DNA of 43,960 nucleotides from Eledone cirrhosa (GCA_964016885.1 CAXHJY010000778.1:1-43960); one strand, 5' to 3'; counted from the stretch's first letter, positions 30,833 through 43,745 are shown. The notes: generated by a model from the sequence alone, not told the origin. Translations and numbers: made by a program.

Positions 30833-31198
30833 TCTACTAAATTTCGTAGCTGTTGTTTGAATATATTTTATTCCTTATTTAAAGATTTCCTTCTTTAAAA
30901 TGTTCAAATGTCAACACTTCCTGTTAGCGATCGCTTAAATAAACATTCATATATTTCCGTCACTAATTTTCTCCTAATGCAGTTTATATATATTATCGTC
31001 TTTTTTTAATGTATCATGGATTACGTTATTGATTACATAAGACAGTGTAACGCAGTCTTCGTTCAATTTCTGTGTATATTGTCAATTACGATTTTATTTG
31101 ACGTATCATATCTACATGTATATATACTTGTGTATAATATCAATATACACACTACACATGGCAGCAGAAAACCACCCGGAGGGTGGTTTTTCTGCTAG
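30833..31198 (+). mobile_element. Probable non-autonomous Helitron
   Basis: The 3' end has a GC-rich hairpin CCACCC-GGA-GGGTGG (31172-31186), then 8 nt, then CTAG|T. The candidate 5' end is A|TCTACTAA at 30833 and is less certain. Confidence 0.6.
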
Positions 31199-31599
31199 TA
31201 AATGTAATAAATAGATATTTATTTACATTGCAAATCCGTTCAAATTGTATTCATTATTTAAAACAAAATAACTCGATTTGAAAAGCATAGGCATTAAATT
31301 TCATTGTAAAAGGAATGAAGTGTAAAATAAAAATGAACAAGATATGAAAAAATATGGTTCAAGTTGATTTTTTATGTTATGATATGTTTATTTCTTTGGT
31401 TTTCAATGATAATTTTTTGTGCCGGTATAATATAAATATGTTGTTTTGCTAACGTCGCTTAGGACGTTAAAAATAAGTTACTACCAAAAATAAACAAACA
31501 GAAAACAAAAACAAAAGATGCATAAAACAAAAAAAAAATGACATGTGTGCCGTAGTATCCCATAATTCCGTTCTCACATTTTCTGCCCCCCCCCCCCCA

Positions 31600-31667
31600 T
31601 CAAATTATCACTGTGCCTGTCTTTTTGTCCCTTATATGTGGGCCCTTGAGGCCAATAAAGAAAGAAT
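31600..31667 (+). mobile_element. 3' end of the AATAAA-terminated dispersed repeat
   Basis: TGTCCCTTATATGTGGGCCCTTGAGGCCAATAAAG is homologous to 33550-33588. Confidence 0.7.
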
Positions 31668-31721
31668 TATTGTTGTTGTTATTATTATTATTATTATTAT
31701 TATTAATATTGTAATAATAAT

Positions 31722-32321
31722 TGTTTCTGCTTTTGGCACAAGGCCAGCAATTATCTCAGTACATTACTGGTACTTTATTTTATCGACCCCGTAAGGATGA
31801 ATGGCAAAGCTAACCTCGGCGAGATTTGAACTCAGAACGTAAAGGGACGTAACTCTGCTGCAAAGCATGGCGTCCGACCCTCTAACGATACTGCCTTTCC
31901 AAATAAAAATAGTAATACTAATGGTTTCTTATATAGGCACAAGGCCAGCAATTTTGGGGGAGGGGAAAGTCGATTAAATCGACCCCAGTGTGTGACTGGT
32001 ACTTTATTTGATCAACCCCGTAAGGATGAAAGGCAAAGTTAACCTCGGCGGGATTTGAGCTCAGAATGGCAAGGGCCGTAACTCTGTGCGTCAAAGCATG
32101 GCGTCCGACCTTCAATAGTAATAATAATAATTGTTTCTACTTTTGGCACAAGGCCAGCAATTACTCCAGTGCATTACTGGTACTTTATTTTACCTACCCC
32201 ATAAGAATAAAAGGCAAAGTTAACCTCGGCGCGATTTGTGCCCAGAACGTAAAGGGCCATAACCTTATGCTACAAAGCATGGCGTCCCACCCTCTACCGA
32301 TACTGGCAATCCACCGGCCTT
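31722..32321 (-). mobile_element. Three head-to-tail SINE copies (short 31722-31900, long 31923-32111, short 32132-32321)
   Basis: They share the diagnostic core and B box and are separated by short AAT tracts. Confidence 0.92.
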
Positions 32322-32330
32322 ATAGTTCTC

Positions 32331-32560
32331 ATATATAGTTATAATATTATAATATAGTTATAATATTATAATATAGTTATGATATATAGTTATAATATTA
32401 CAATATAGTTAGAATATTATAATATAATTATAATATAGTTATAATATTATAATATAATTATGATATATAGTTACAATATTATAATATAGTTATAATATTA
32501 TAATATAATTATGATATATAGTTATAATATTATAATATAGTTATGATTTATAGTTATAAT
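32331..32560. repeat. AT-rich minisatellite (19-bp unit AATATAGTTATAATATTAT and variants)
   Basis: Seen directly, between two SINE copies. Confidence 0.88.
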
Positions 32561-32744
32561 TGTTTCTACTTTTGGCACAAGGCCAGCAATTATCCCAGTA
32601 CATTACTGGTACTTTATTTTATCGACCCCGTAAGGATGAAAGGCAAAGTTAACCTCGGCGGGATTTGAACACAGATCGTAAAGGGACGTAACTACGCTGG
32701 AAAACATGTCCGACCCTCTACCGATACTGCCAATTCACCGCCTT
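32561..32744 (-). mobile_element. Short-form SINE with probable target-site duplication TAGTTATAAT
   Basis: TAGTTATAAT occurs at 32551-32560 and 32751-32760. Confidence 0.9.
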
Positions 32745-32782
32745 TTAGGGTAGTTATAATAATTGTTATAAATTATAATACT

Positions 32783-33025
32783 TTCTTTATTAACCACACA
32801 GGGCTCGCATTAAGGGGACATTAAAGACGGTACAAGACCATAGTTATGAATTATAATAAAATATTTCCCCCTCCTTCAACTCCCCTGGATTTAAAGCATT
32901 GGAACTCGGGTGGAGCAGGGGGCTGATGTTGCTTGTAACCGGGAAAAAACTTAGGAATCCCTCGACCCTCTCGCTTCACCATGAAACGCCAACCTTGATT
33001 CCAAGGCTGGGATGTCACGTGGACC
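32783..33025 (-). mobile_element. Longer minus-strand copy of the AATAAA-terminated repeat (probable retroelement 3' UTR)
   Basis: The reverse complement ends TGTCCCCTTAATGCGAGCCCTGTGTGGTTAATAAAG. GC-richer sequence continues to ~33025; the inner boundary is uncertain. Confidence 0.55.
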
Positions 33026-33416
33026 AAAAAACGCCACACGCAACAGAAAGTTGAAAAATTGAATGAAAAATCAAACAACAAAAAGAATTTCTCATTTTCA
33101 AACTTTTTTCATATTTTTTTCTTTCTCTTTTCGTGGCTCTTATAATTATCCACCATTGTTTCCTGCCGTCCCTTGGTTTATATTTTTTATTATATCTATT
33201 AATATCATCGTTATCATTACTAGTATTATTGTATTGTATCGTTCAGATCAGTTATGTTTCTTTATTGCCGGTTTCAGGCCTTGAACCTACCGCAATACAG
33301 CGAGAACGAACTCGCCTGACAATCTGTACTGTTCCTAATAGCCTGATTTTCTGTAGCTCAAATTTGCTGATATTACAAGGAAGAGCGCTAATGTACAGGT
33401 CTGATGATTTGGGTTT

Positions 33417-33463
33417 ATTGAACTCAGAACGTAAAGGGCCGTAACTATATGCTGCAAAACATT
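33417..33463 (-). mobile_element. SINE head fragment
   Basis: TTGAACTCAGAACGTAAAGGGCCGTAACTATATGCTGCAAAACAT. Confidence 0.8.
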
Positions 33464-33518
33464 CATTATTATTATTATTACTTTGTTATTGTTATTCATA
33501 TTGTTTACTCGATTTTTC

Positions 33519-33588
33519 TGTAAAACCCCACTGACCCCGTCTTTTGTATTGTCCCCTATATGTCGGCCCTTGTGGCCAATAAATGAAA
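33519..33588 (+). mobile_element. Uninterrupted 3' end of the AATAAA-terminated repeat
   Basis: TGTAAAACCCCACTGACCCCGTCTTTTGTATTGTCCCTATATGTCGGCCCTTGTGGCCAATAAATG. Confidence 0.75.
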
Positions 33589-33611
33589 TCATTATTACTA
33601 TTATTATTATT

Positions 33612-33960
33612 TCATTTAACATCATTGATGTTATTTAACTGGAAAGTTTGTTCAAATGAACATCAAGCCACTACCTGCAGCCTCAAATATTCAGAACGTA
33701 TCGTAGGGCTTATGCTGCTACCAGCAAGCATGCCTTTTGAAGTGTTCCAGAAAAAAGGGTACTGAACTAATGTTCTTTAACCATCCTTGAAAACTCTTCG
33801 AGATAGTACCTAGTGCTCCTATGACAAACGGGACGACCTTGATCTCATGACAGTCCCAAATCCTTTTTAACTCCCACTTTAAATCCTGGTATCGGTTAAT
33901 TTTCTCCTTCTCCTTTCCTTGCACTCTTGTGTCAAGGAGGCAGGTTACATCTACAATCAA
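33612..33960 (-). mobile_element. 5'-truncated non-LTR retrotransposon with a restriction-like endonuclease (R4/Dong-like), inserted in (TAA)n
   Basis: IVDVTCLLDTRVQGKEKEKINRYQDLKWELKRIWDCHEIKVVPFVIGALGTISKSF, then a frameshifted LQKACLL...LRYVLNI*. The EK..RY.DL and VVP.VIGALG motifs are typical of R4/Dong C-termini. It has a TAA tail and flanks. Confidence 0.85.
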
Positions 33961-34159
33961 TCAAGATCTTTATTATCATTATTATTATTATTATTATTAG
34001 TAGTAGTATTAGTAGTAGTAGTAGTAGTGTCATCATCAACATGGTGTATGATTTTAAGAAAAAAATGATGGTGCTTGTTAGAATTACTAATGATATAATT
34101 GATAAAATATTGTTGTTAGTGTAGTTCTACTCTCTTTTCATAATGGATTCTATGACAAT

Positions 34160-34280
34160 GAATGTGTGTGTGAGTGTATGTGACTGTGTGTGCATATATG
34201 TGAGTGTGTGAGAGTATGTCTGAATGTGTGTGTGTGTGTGTGTGTATATGTGAGTATGTGACTGTGGGTGTGAGTGTATA

Positions 34281-34320
<40 letters not shown>

Positions 34321-34508
34321 TATGTCTGAATGTGTGTGCATATGTGAGTGTGTGAGTGTATGTGTATATGCGTGCGTGTGTGTGAGTATGTCTGAATATG
34401 TGTGTATATGTGAATGTGTGTATATGTGTGTACGTGTGTGAGTATGTCTGAATGTGTGTGTATATGTGAGTGTGTGTGTGACTGTGTGTGTGTATATGTG
34501 AGTGTGTA
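34160..34508. repeat. Degenerate (TG)n microsatellite with a recurrent GAGTATGTCTGAAT motif
   Basis: Seen directly. Confidence 0.9.
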
Positions 34509-35087
34509 TATATATTTTTATTGTAGATGTTGTTATTTATTTATTTATTTTATTTTATTTTGCCAATCCATTACTGTCATATATCGATATTGAACGTAAA
34601 TGATCGATGGGGCGGGCATGCAGTTTATTGATTTTGTTGCTGCTGTTGTTGTTGTCTTAAATTTTGATTATGTTGCTGTATTATTATCATTATTAAAAAA
34701 AAACCATAATAAATAAATAAATGATAAAGAAAGCAGCATCATCATCATCATCATTATTATTATTATTATTATTATTGTTGTTGTTGTTGTTGTTGTCCTT
34801 AATTTTTTATTAATATTTTCAAAATGGCGTCTTCGTTCGTTTACTTAGTTACTCTTTTTTTTTATGTTTATCTCGGTCAGATTTTGTTGCGCTATTCCAG
34901 TTATGTACATAGACCCATACATATATATACACACACATATATATATACACACATATATATATATATACGCACATATACATATATATATATATATATATAT
35001 ACAAACATATATATATACACAAACATATATACATATACACATACAGACATATATATACAAATATATACATATATATATACATATATA

Positions 35088-35138
<51 letters not shown>

Positions 35139-35221
35139 ATTTATAATACGTCGTCAAATATGAAATTTGTAGAAATTTCTAGAAAAAAAACAAATTTCTA
35201 CAAATTTCATATTTGACGACC

Positions 35222-35266
<45 letters not shown>

Positions 35267-35387
35267 AATATATATATATATATCCACATGTATACATATA
35301 TATATACATATATATATGCATATATATATATACATATATATATATACATATGTGTACATATATATATATTTACAAACACATACACCC

Positions 35388-35440
<53 letters not shown>

Positions 35441-35640
35441 TATGTATATTTATTCGTATATATAATATCATACAGTCACATTTGGTTGTTGTCCATATTG
35501 TTTAGTGTAGGTTTATGTTAATAAAATGTCTTTCATTGATTGTTTCATGTTTGGGGCCAATACAGACATGGATATATATATATACATAGATATAGATATA
35601 TAGATATATATGAAGTATAGATTTATATAATATACACGCA

Positions 35641-35688
<48 letters not shown>

Positions 35689-35793
35689 CAACATATTTTA
35701 GAGAAATACTATATATTATAAATATTTATGTATATATATATATATATATATATCATATAATCTTTTAATATATACATATTACATATAAATATG

Positions 35794-36667
<874 letters not shown>

Positions 36668-36669
36668 GC

Positions 36670-37332
36670 ATTTCTCAGAAATACGTTGCTGACATTTGTT
36701 GAAAACGTGTTGTTTTTATTACTATTATTACTATTATTATCATTATTATCATTAGTATTGCTGGTATTGTGGTTATTTTTCTTAATTCCAGTTCATTTTT
36801 CCAGGTCATTTTCTCAAAATCATTTCTTTTTTATTTGGTGTGTGTCACATCTGTTTTTCTTAGATCGCATAGTTGGTATTTGTATATATTTTCTCTTTTA
36901 TCTCTTATATATTTGCTTGTTTTGGTTTATTATATTAATATTTGATTAAATTAGTTATTTAGTGTTTTTTCTTCTCTCTCCTTTTAAATTAAGTATTCTT
37001 TTTTTTCTCTTTCATTCAACCAGTTTTCACTCGTTTTATTAATATATTTTAAATTTAACACATTTTTTCATCTTATATATTTATCACTCTTCATTACAGT
37101 TGTTTCGTAAACCGTTAGTATATCTATTTTAGTTTATTAAATTCCTTTACCTTTACTTTTACCTTTCACCCATATTCTCTTTTCTTTTCTTTTCTTTACT
37201 TTTTCATCCCATCCTTGTTTCAATTTACATTATTATTATAATTTTTTTTTTTCAAAATTTAATTTAAATCATTTTTGGTCATTTTTTAAAACATTTTGTT
37301 GTTGTTTGTTTGTTTGTTGTTGATATTTGTTT
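36670..37332 (-). other. Probable proximal 3' UTR of the ETS gene with candidate AATAAA signals (e.g. 37138-37133, 37040-37035)
   Basis: A-rich non-repeat sequence immediately follows the stop codon. The true 3' end cannot be fixed from sequence alone. Confidence 0.45.
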
Positions 37333-37865
37333 TCAACCACTCCATGATGACGAATAATAAGTACCAAAATGTGACGCGACGTGTCCATGGTGGGCCATTG
37401 AGTGATTTGTGATGTTCGGATAAATATTTGAACCGGGCGCTCCCCAATAACTTGACGCTGTCGAGAAGAGTCCCGACGCTGCCGGCGTGTGAGCGTTCAT
37501 GAAGTTCAGTTTGTTGTTGTGATGATAAGTTGACATAAGTATGTCCTGTTGGTACTTGTAGGCCGTCGGATCAGCCGACGACGGCTGCATAGCCTGCGCC
37601 AGTCCGGCAAAGTCGAACTTATAGGCGTATCTTTTGCCATGTACTTTGGTCATGATGTTCTTATCGTAGTAATAACGAAGGGCGCGGCTTAACTTGTCGT
37701 AGTTCATGTTAGGTTTGCTCTTACGCTCGCCCCAGCGGCGAGCCACCTCGTCTGGATCAACCAACTTGAACTCGCCGTTCGTCCCTTCCCACGTGATACA
37801 ATTTGAGTTACCCGTGTCGGAAAGTAACTCCAGCAAAAACTGCCACAGCTGGATCTGACCACTTC
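37333..37865 (-). CDS. ERG: Terminal coding exon of an ERG/FLI1-subfamily ETS transcription factor (complete ETS domain plus C-terminal tail); upstream exons not found in the window
   Basis: The minus strand reads ...aaataacAG|GA AGT GGT CAG ATC CAG CTG TGG CAG TTT TTG, giving (G)[94 protein letters not shown]..., then an ERG/FLI1-like tail (AYKYQ, SSYW, IYPN, SHFGTYY) and TGA at 37335-37333. The ORF-track start at 37836 is an internal TTG. The symbol denotes the invertebrate ERG/FLI1 co-orthologue. Confidence 0.96.
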
Positions 37866-37984
37866 CTGTTATTTTCGATGTGGATGGACGTGATTGGATT
37901 GGTTGGTTTCGGGTTTCGATTTGTTGGTTGGTTGGTGGAAAGACGAAAAAGAAAAAAAGAAAAAAGAAAAAGATGAGATGAGAA
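37866..37984 (-). other. 3' splice site region of the ETS exon (acceptor AG at 37867-37866, distal polypyrimidine tract, candidate branch points)
   Basis: CAG lies directly before the conserved G-SGQIQLW phase-1 junction. The minus strand has a pyrimidine tract at ~37972-37938 and CTCAT motifs at 37982-37973. Confidence 0.75.
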
Positions 37985-38013
37985 TTAATAATATAGATAC
38001 AGAGAGGTAAGTA

Positions 38014-38072
<59 letters not shown>

Positions 38073-38360
38073 ATTTTAATGGATACAGTTTAGTTAAAAG
38101 GAATTTATTGACACGTGTTTCTATAACAGTTACATAACCTGAAAACAGCTGCTATCTACAAAGTATTAAAATCCTTCTATTTTTCTCCGGATTACTTTTG
38201 GAACTACAACTGGAACCGTCGAGCAAACTCTACGTGAGCTGTCCATCTACTGTGTGTAATATTTATATTACAACACTACGGAAAATACTGTATATATATA
38301 TAAATATATATAGACATAAATATGTATAGAGATAGATAGATAGATATTTATATATACACT

Positions 38361-38517
38361 AGAAGAGGAAGACCAAGGTTAACGTATGTTGATGCCCTAA
38401 GGACAGACACTGGTCAGTTGGAGACGCAGGACATGGCAGCGATAATGAGGGACAGAGACCGCTGGAGAGAACTCGTCCATGGATCTCTGGAATTTCACCC
38501 GCCTTAGATAGATAGAT
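38361..38517 (+). mobile_element. Extreme 3' end of an RTE-like LINE with a (TAGA)n tail, intronic and antisense to the ETS gene
   Basis: An open frame at 38361-38507 encodes RRGRPRLTYVDALRTDTGQLETQDMAAIMRDRDRWRELVHGSLEFHPP*. The RGRPR..Y.D and DR..WR motifs are typical of RTE ORF ends. Confidence 0.82.
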
Positions 38518-38633
38518 GTGTGTGTGTAAATATATATATATATATAAAATAATAAATACAAAGACCAAAATAGGAAGAGTACTCGATAAGGATTCTATAT
38601 ATAAAAGTATGAATAAAACAATATCTCGTGTAC

Positions 38634-38671
<38 letters not shown>

Positions 38672-38742
38672 ATGTATGTATGTATGTATGTATATATATA
38701 TGTATGTATGTATATATATGTATGTATGTATATGTATGTATG

Positions 38743-38781
<39 letters not shown>

Positions 38782-38934
38782 TATAATGCGCCGAAACATG
38801 TGTGGCTCGTAGTAGACAACTCATGAAGGGAAACTGTCCATCTCTTGTTCGTGTCGCTTTAATTCTAACACTAATTATATATATATAACCTTGATTAAAT
38901 CTTAACCATTTAACAGGTCAGGGCATGTCATGTA

Positions 38935-39009
38935 TCATTTTATTTAATCTGATGAGGACGTACTATTGAACTTGATTCAAGTACCTGAAATATGTATAAT
39001 AAAATATAA
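38935..39009 (+). ncRNA. Hammerhead-ribozyme-like motif (type I, probably a decayed retroelement remnant)
   Basis: CTGATGA (38949-38955), a bulged stem II (GG..GTAC..TTGAA / TTCAAGTACCT), GAAA (38987-38990), then TATGTA. Stem I is imperfect (ATTTTATT / AATAAAAT). Confidence 0.4.
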
Positions 39010-39564
39010 TTGATCACAAGAACATCTATTTTATTAATATTTGAATTTAATATATATATATATATATAAAATTAAATTTTAATGTTTGTTTTTTTTCCAC
39101 CCTTCTAAAATAAGTATTGTTTTTTTATCTTTCATTAAATAGCTCTGTACTATATATAGAGCACTCTTCTTTCCTTTACCTTTTCAACGGAAATACTTAA
39201 CACTTAACAAAGAACTAAATCCACATATAACTATATATATATATATATATATGTATTCAGGTTTGAGGTTCACCACTGTATAGAGCTGGTCTATTCCGTA
39301 TGGTCAATCGTAATGCAATAATTTAGAGAGTACTCAACGTAAGGCAGTTCAACCGTCTTTGTTTTTGTAGTTGGTGGTGCTATGATCATAGTATAATAAA
39401 CCTTTCAAGGATTTACACAAATCCAGCCTCCTGTCATTTCATTATAATTATATATATATATGTGTGTATGTATGTGCAAATATGCATACACGTATATACA
39501 TACAAACAGACACACATATATATATGTACACATACACATGCATATATATATGTGTGTGTATGTA

Positions 39565-39599
<35 letters not shown>

Positions 39600-39673
39600 T
39601 CATTCCAGATATAGATTAAAGCTGAAGCAAAGAATCCCTGCCGTCACTCTTTTACGGGATCATCTAAAACATA

Positions 39674-39721
<48 letters not shown>

Positions 39722-39893
39722 CACTTTCTGTGTGTGTGTGTGTCTGTGTGTGTGTGCACAAACCTATTTTGTTGTCCATTATCACCAGACGATCCAAATG
39801 TAAATCGCATTCTCCGCTGACAAAATGTCGCCAGATATAATATATCCCATTTACCTCGCACAGCTTTACCTTTATACGCGCAGACACACACAC

Positions 39894-39924
<31 letters not shown>

Positions 39925-40021
39925 AATAATATATATATATATACACACCAACTAACACGTGCACAGACACACAGGTATGTATATATATATATATATATAT
40001 ATATTAATATATGTGTGTGTT

Positions 40022-40072
<51 letters not shown>

Positions 40073-40204
40073 GTATATATAAATATATATGTACGTGTAC
40101 GTTTGATTGAGTGTGTGTGTAATATGTAGATATGTGTGCATTTATATAAATATATATATGTATGTATATATATATAAATGTATGTATGTGTACGTGTGAT
40201 TGTG

Positions 40205-40267
<63 letters not shown>

Positions 40268-40665
40268 ATATATACATATATATATATATGACGTGAACAC
40301 CTTTTTATCGTCTGTTATTTTCGTGTTTATTTACGTGGCTGATTCCCTCTTTTTATGTTGTCCATCTTCCTCGTATGTGTTTCCTCATTTGTTTGTTTTT
40401 CAGCTTGTATTTTAATTTATTTGTCTACGGTTTTTCTTTTTACCATGGAAAGCTACGAACTTCTAGTTTGATTCATTTTATATTTTTTGTTTTTGTTGGT
40501 TTTCTCTCAATTTTTTTTCGTCCCATTTCTTTTCCTTTCAGACATGTTTGTTTATATCTCTGATGATTTGTTTCTCTTATCGATCTAGATCTCTATCGAT
40601 CTGTCTATCTATTACCTTTATATATGCCTGTCTATCTATCAATCTATGTATATGTCTAACTCTCA

Positions 40666-40701
<36 letters not shown>

Positions 40702-40782
40702 GTCTGTCTATCTATATGTTTGTCTATCAATCTATCTATTTATCTATCAATCTATCAATCACTCTATCCATCTATCTATCTA

Positions 40783-40785
<3 letters not shown>

Positions 40786-40851
<66 letters not shown>

Positions 40852-41414
40852 TATATATATATATATATATTATTTATATATATATATATATATTATTTAT
40901 ATATATATATATATATTATTTATATATATATATATATATTATTTATATATATATATATATATTATTTATATATATATATATATATTATTTATATATATAT
41001 ATATATATTATTTATATATATATATTATTTATATATATATATTATTTATATATATATATTATTTATATATATATATTATTTATATATATATATATATTAT
41101 TTATATATATATATATATTATTTATATATATATATATATTATTTATATATATATATATATTATTTATATATATATATATATTATTTATATATATAAAATA
41201 TATATATTATATATATATTATTTATATATATAAAATATATATATATTATTTATATATATATATATTATTTATATATATATATATATTATATATATAAATA
41301 TGTATATATATAAATATGTAATATATACATTATATATATATATTATATATAATATATATATATAATATATATATATATAAATATGTATATATACATTATA
41401 TATATATATTATAA

Positions 41415-41456
<42 letters not shown>

Positions 41457-41550
41457 TATATAATATATATAAATATGTATATATATTATATATATATATA
41501 ATATATATATATATAAATATGTATATATACATTATATATATATATTATAA

Positions 41551-41588
<38 letters not shown>

Positions 41589-41631
41589 TATATATAAATA
41601 TGTATATATACATTATATATATATATTATAA

Positions 41632-41673
<42 letters not shown>

Positions 41674-42044
41674 TATATATAAATATGTATATATACATTA
41701 TATATATATATATATTATAATATATATTATATATATATATAATATATATATATATATAAATATGTATATATATAATATATATATATATATATAAATATGT
41801 ATATATACATTATATATATATATTATAATATATATTATATATATATATAATATATATATATATATAAATATGTATATATATAATATATATATATATATAT
41901 AAATATGTATATATACATTATATATATATATTATAATATATATTATATATATATATAATATATATATATATATAAATATGTATATATATAATATATATAT
42001 ATATATATAAATATGTATATATACATTATATATATATATTATAA

Positions 42045-42084
<40 letters not shown>

Positions 42085-42443
42085 TATATAAATATGTATA
42101 TATATGATATATATATATAATATATATATATATAAATATGTATATATACATTATATATATATATTATAATATATATTATATATATATATAATATATATAT
42201 ATATATAAATATGTATATATATAATATATATATATATATATAAATATGTATATATACATTATATATATATATTATAATATATATTATATATATATATAAT
42301 ATATATATATATATATAAATATGTATATATATTATAATATATATTATATATATATATAATATATATATATATATATAAATATGTATATATATAATATATA
42401 TATATATAAATATGTATATATACATTATATATATATATTATAA

Positions 42444-42481
<38 letters not shown>

Positions 42482-42594
42482 TATATAATATATATATAAA
42501 TATGTATATATACATTATATATATATATTATAATATATATATATATATATATTATTATATATATTATACATTATATATATATATTATATATATA

Positions 42595-42636
<42 letters not shown>

Positions 42637-42680
42637 ATATGTATATATATATATATATATATATACATACTTATATATAT
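40786..42680. repeat. (TA)n-derived arrays with TATTATT and TAAATATG...CATT higher-order units
   Basis: Seen directly. Confidence 0.93.
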
Positions 42681-42874
42681 ATCGATGTGTTTACCTATAT
42701 AAGCTTGCATCTGTCTATCTACCTGTTATAGTGGTTACTAGTATATCAATATCTTTTTTCTATATTTATCCCACTATGTACCTGTCTATCGATCTATTTA
42801 CCTTCCTATCAACTTGTCTATATGGTGCCTCTATATATGTATGTATGTGTGAATTTATATATATATATACATAT

Positions 42875-43160
42875 ATATATACGTGCACCATTATGTATAT
42901 ATATACATATATATGTGTGTGTACTTATATGTATATATATATATGTATATTAACAAATATATATATATATATACGTGCACCATTATGTATATATATACAT
43001 ATATATGTGTGTGTACTTATATGTATATATATATATGTATATTAACAAATATATATATATATATACGTGCACCATTATGTATATATATACATATATATGT
43101 GTGTGTACTTATATGTATATATATATATATGTATATTAACAAATATATATATATATATAT
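42875..43160. repeat. 92-bp tandem repeat x3
   Basis: CGTGCACCATTATG occurs at 42882, 42974 and 43066. Confidence 0.92.
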
Positions 43161-43258
43161 ATATGTGTGTGGCTGTGTGTGTGAGTTTGTATAGATGTGT
43201 GTGTATGGACGTGTATACTCATGAGTGTGTTTTCATGTGTGTCTGAGACTATATATAT

Positions 43259-43332
<74 letters not shown>

Positions 43333-43628
43333 GTGTGTGTGAGTAAGTCCGCCTGTCTGTTTGTGTGTGTGTTTGTCACAATCTGATCACCTTACACTCA
43401 CAGATAATATGACGTAGAACGCATTAAACACAAACAGATACACACAAAACACTCACACACTTTCACCCACAAGAACAGACGTCTTCAAAGATCGCATTCT
43501 TTCTTACTCTCTTTCTTACTCTCTTTTTCACTCTCTTTCACTCTCTCCCCCCTCTCTATCGCTCATTTACACACACATTATCAGCGGGACGCTTGAGGAA
43601 ATAGGAGACGTCACGCTATATATCTATC

Positions 43629-43649
43629 TGTCTGTCTATCTATTTATTC

Positions 43650-43681
<32 letters not shown>

Positions 43682-43697
43682 ATATATATAATATATA

Positions 43698-43745
<48 letters not shown>

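Noticed and set aside
31163-31196. Rho-independent terminator-like hairpin plus T run
   Set aside because: The DNA is eukaryotic, and the following CTAG|T fits a Helitron 3' end better.
22772-32744. tRNA genes suggested by A/B boxes
   Set aside because: The boxes belong to SINE heads, and no complete cloverleaf is evident.
38001-38012. Perfect GAG|GTAAGT donor on the plus strand (antisense exon)
   Set aside because: It is a single short motif with no supporting exon and could easily be chance; RNA data would be needed.
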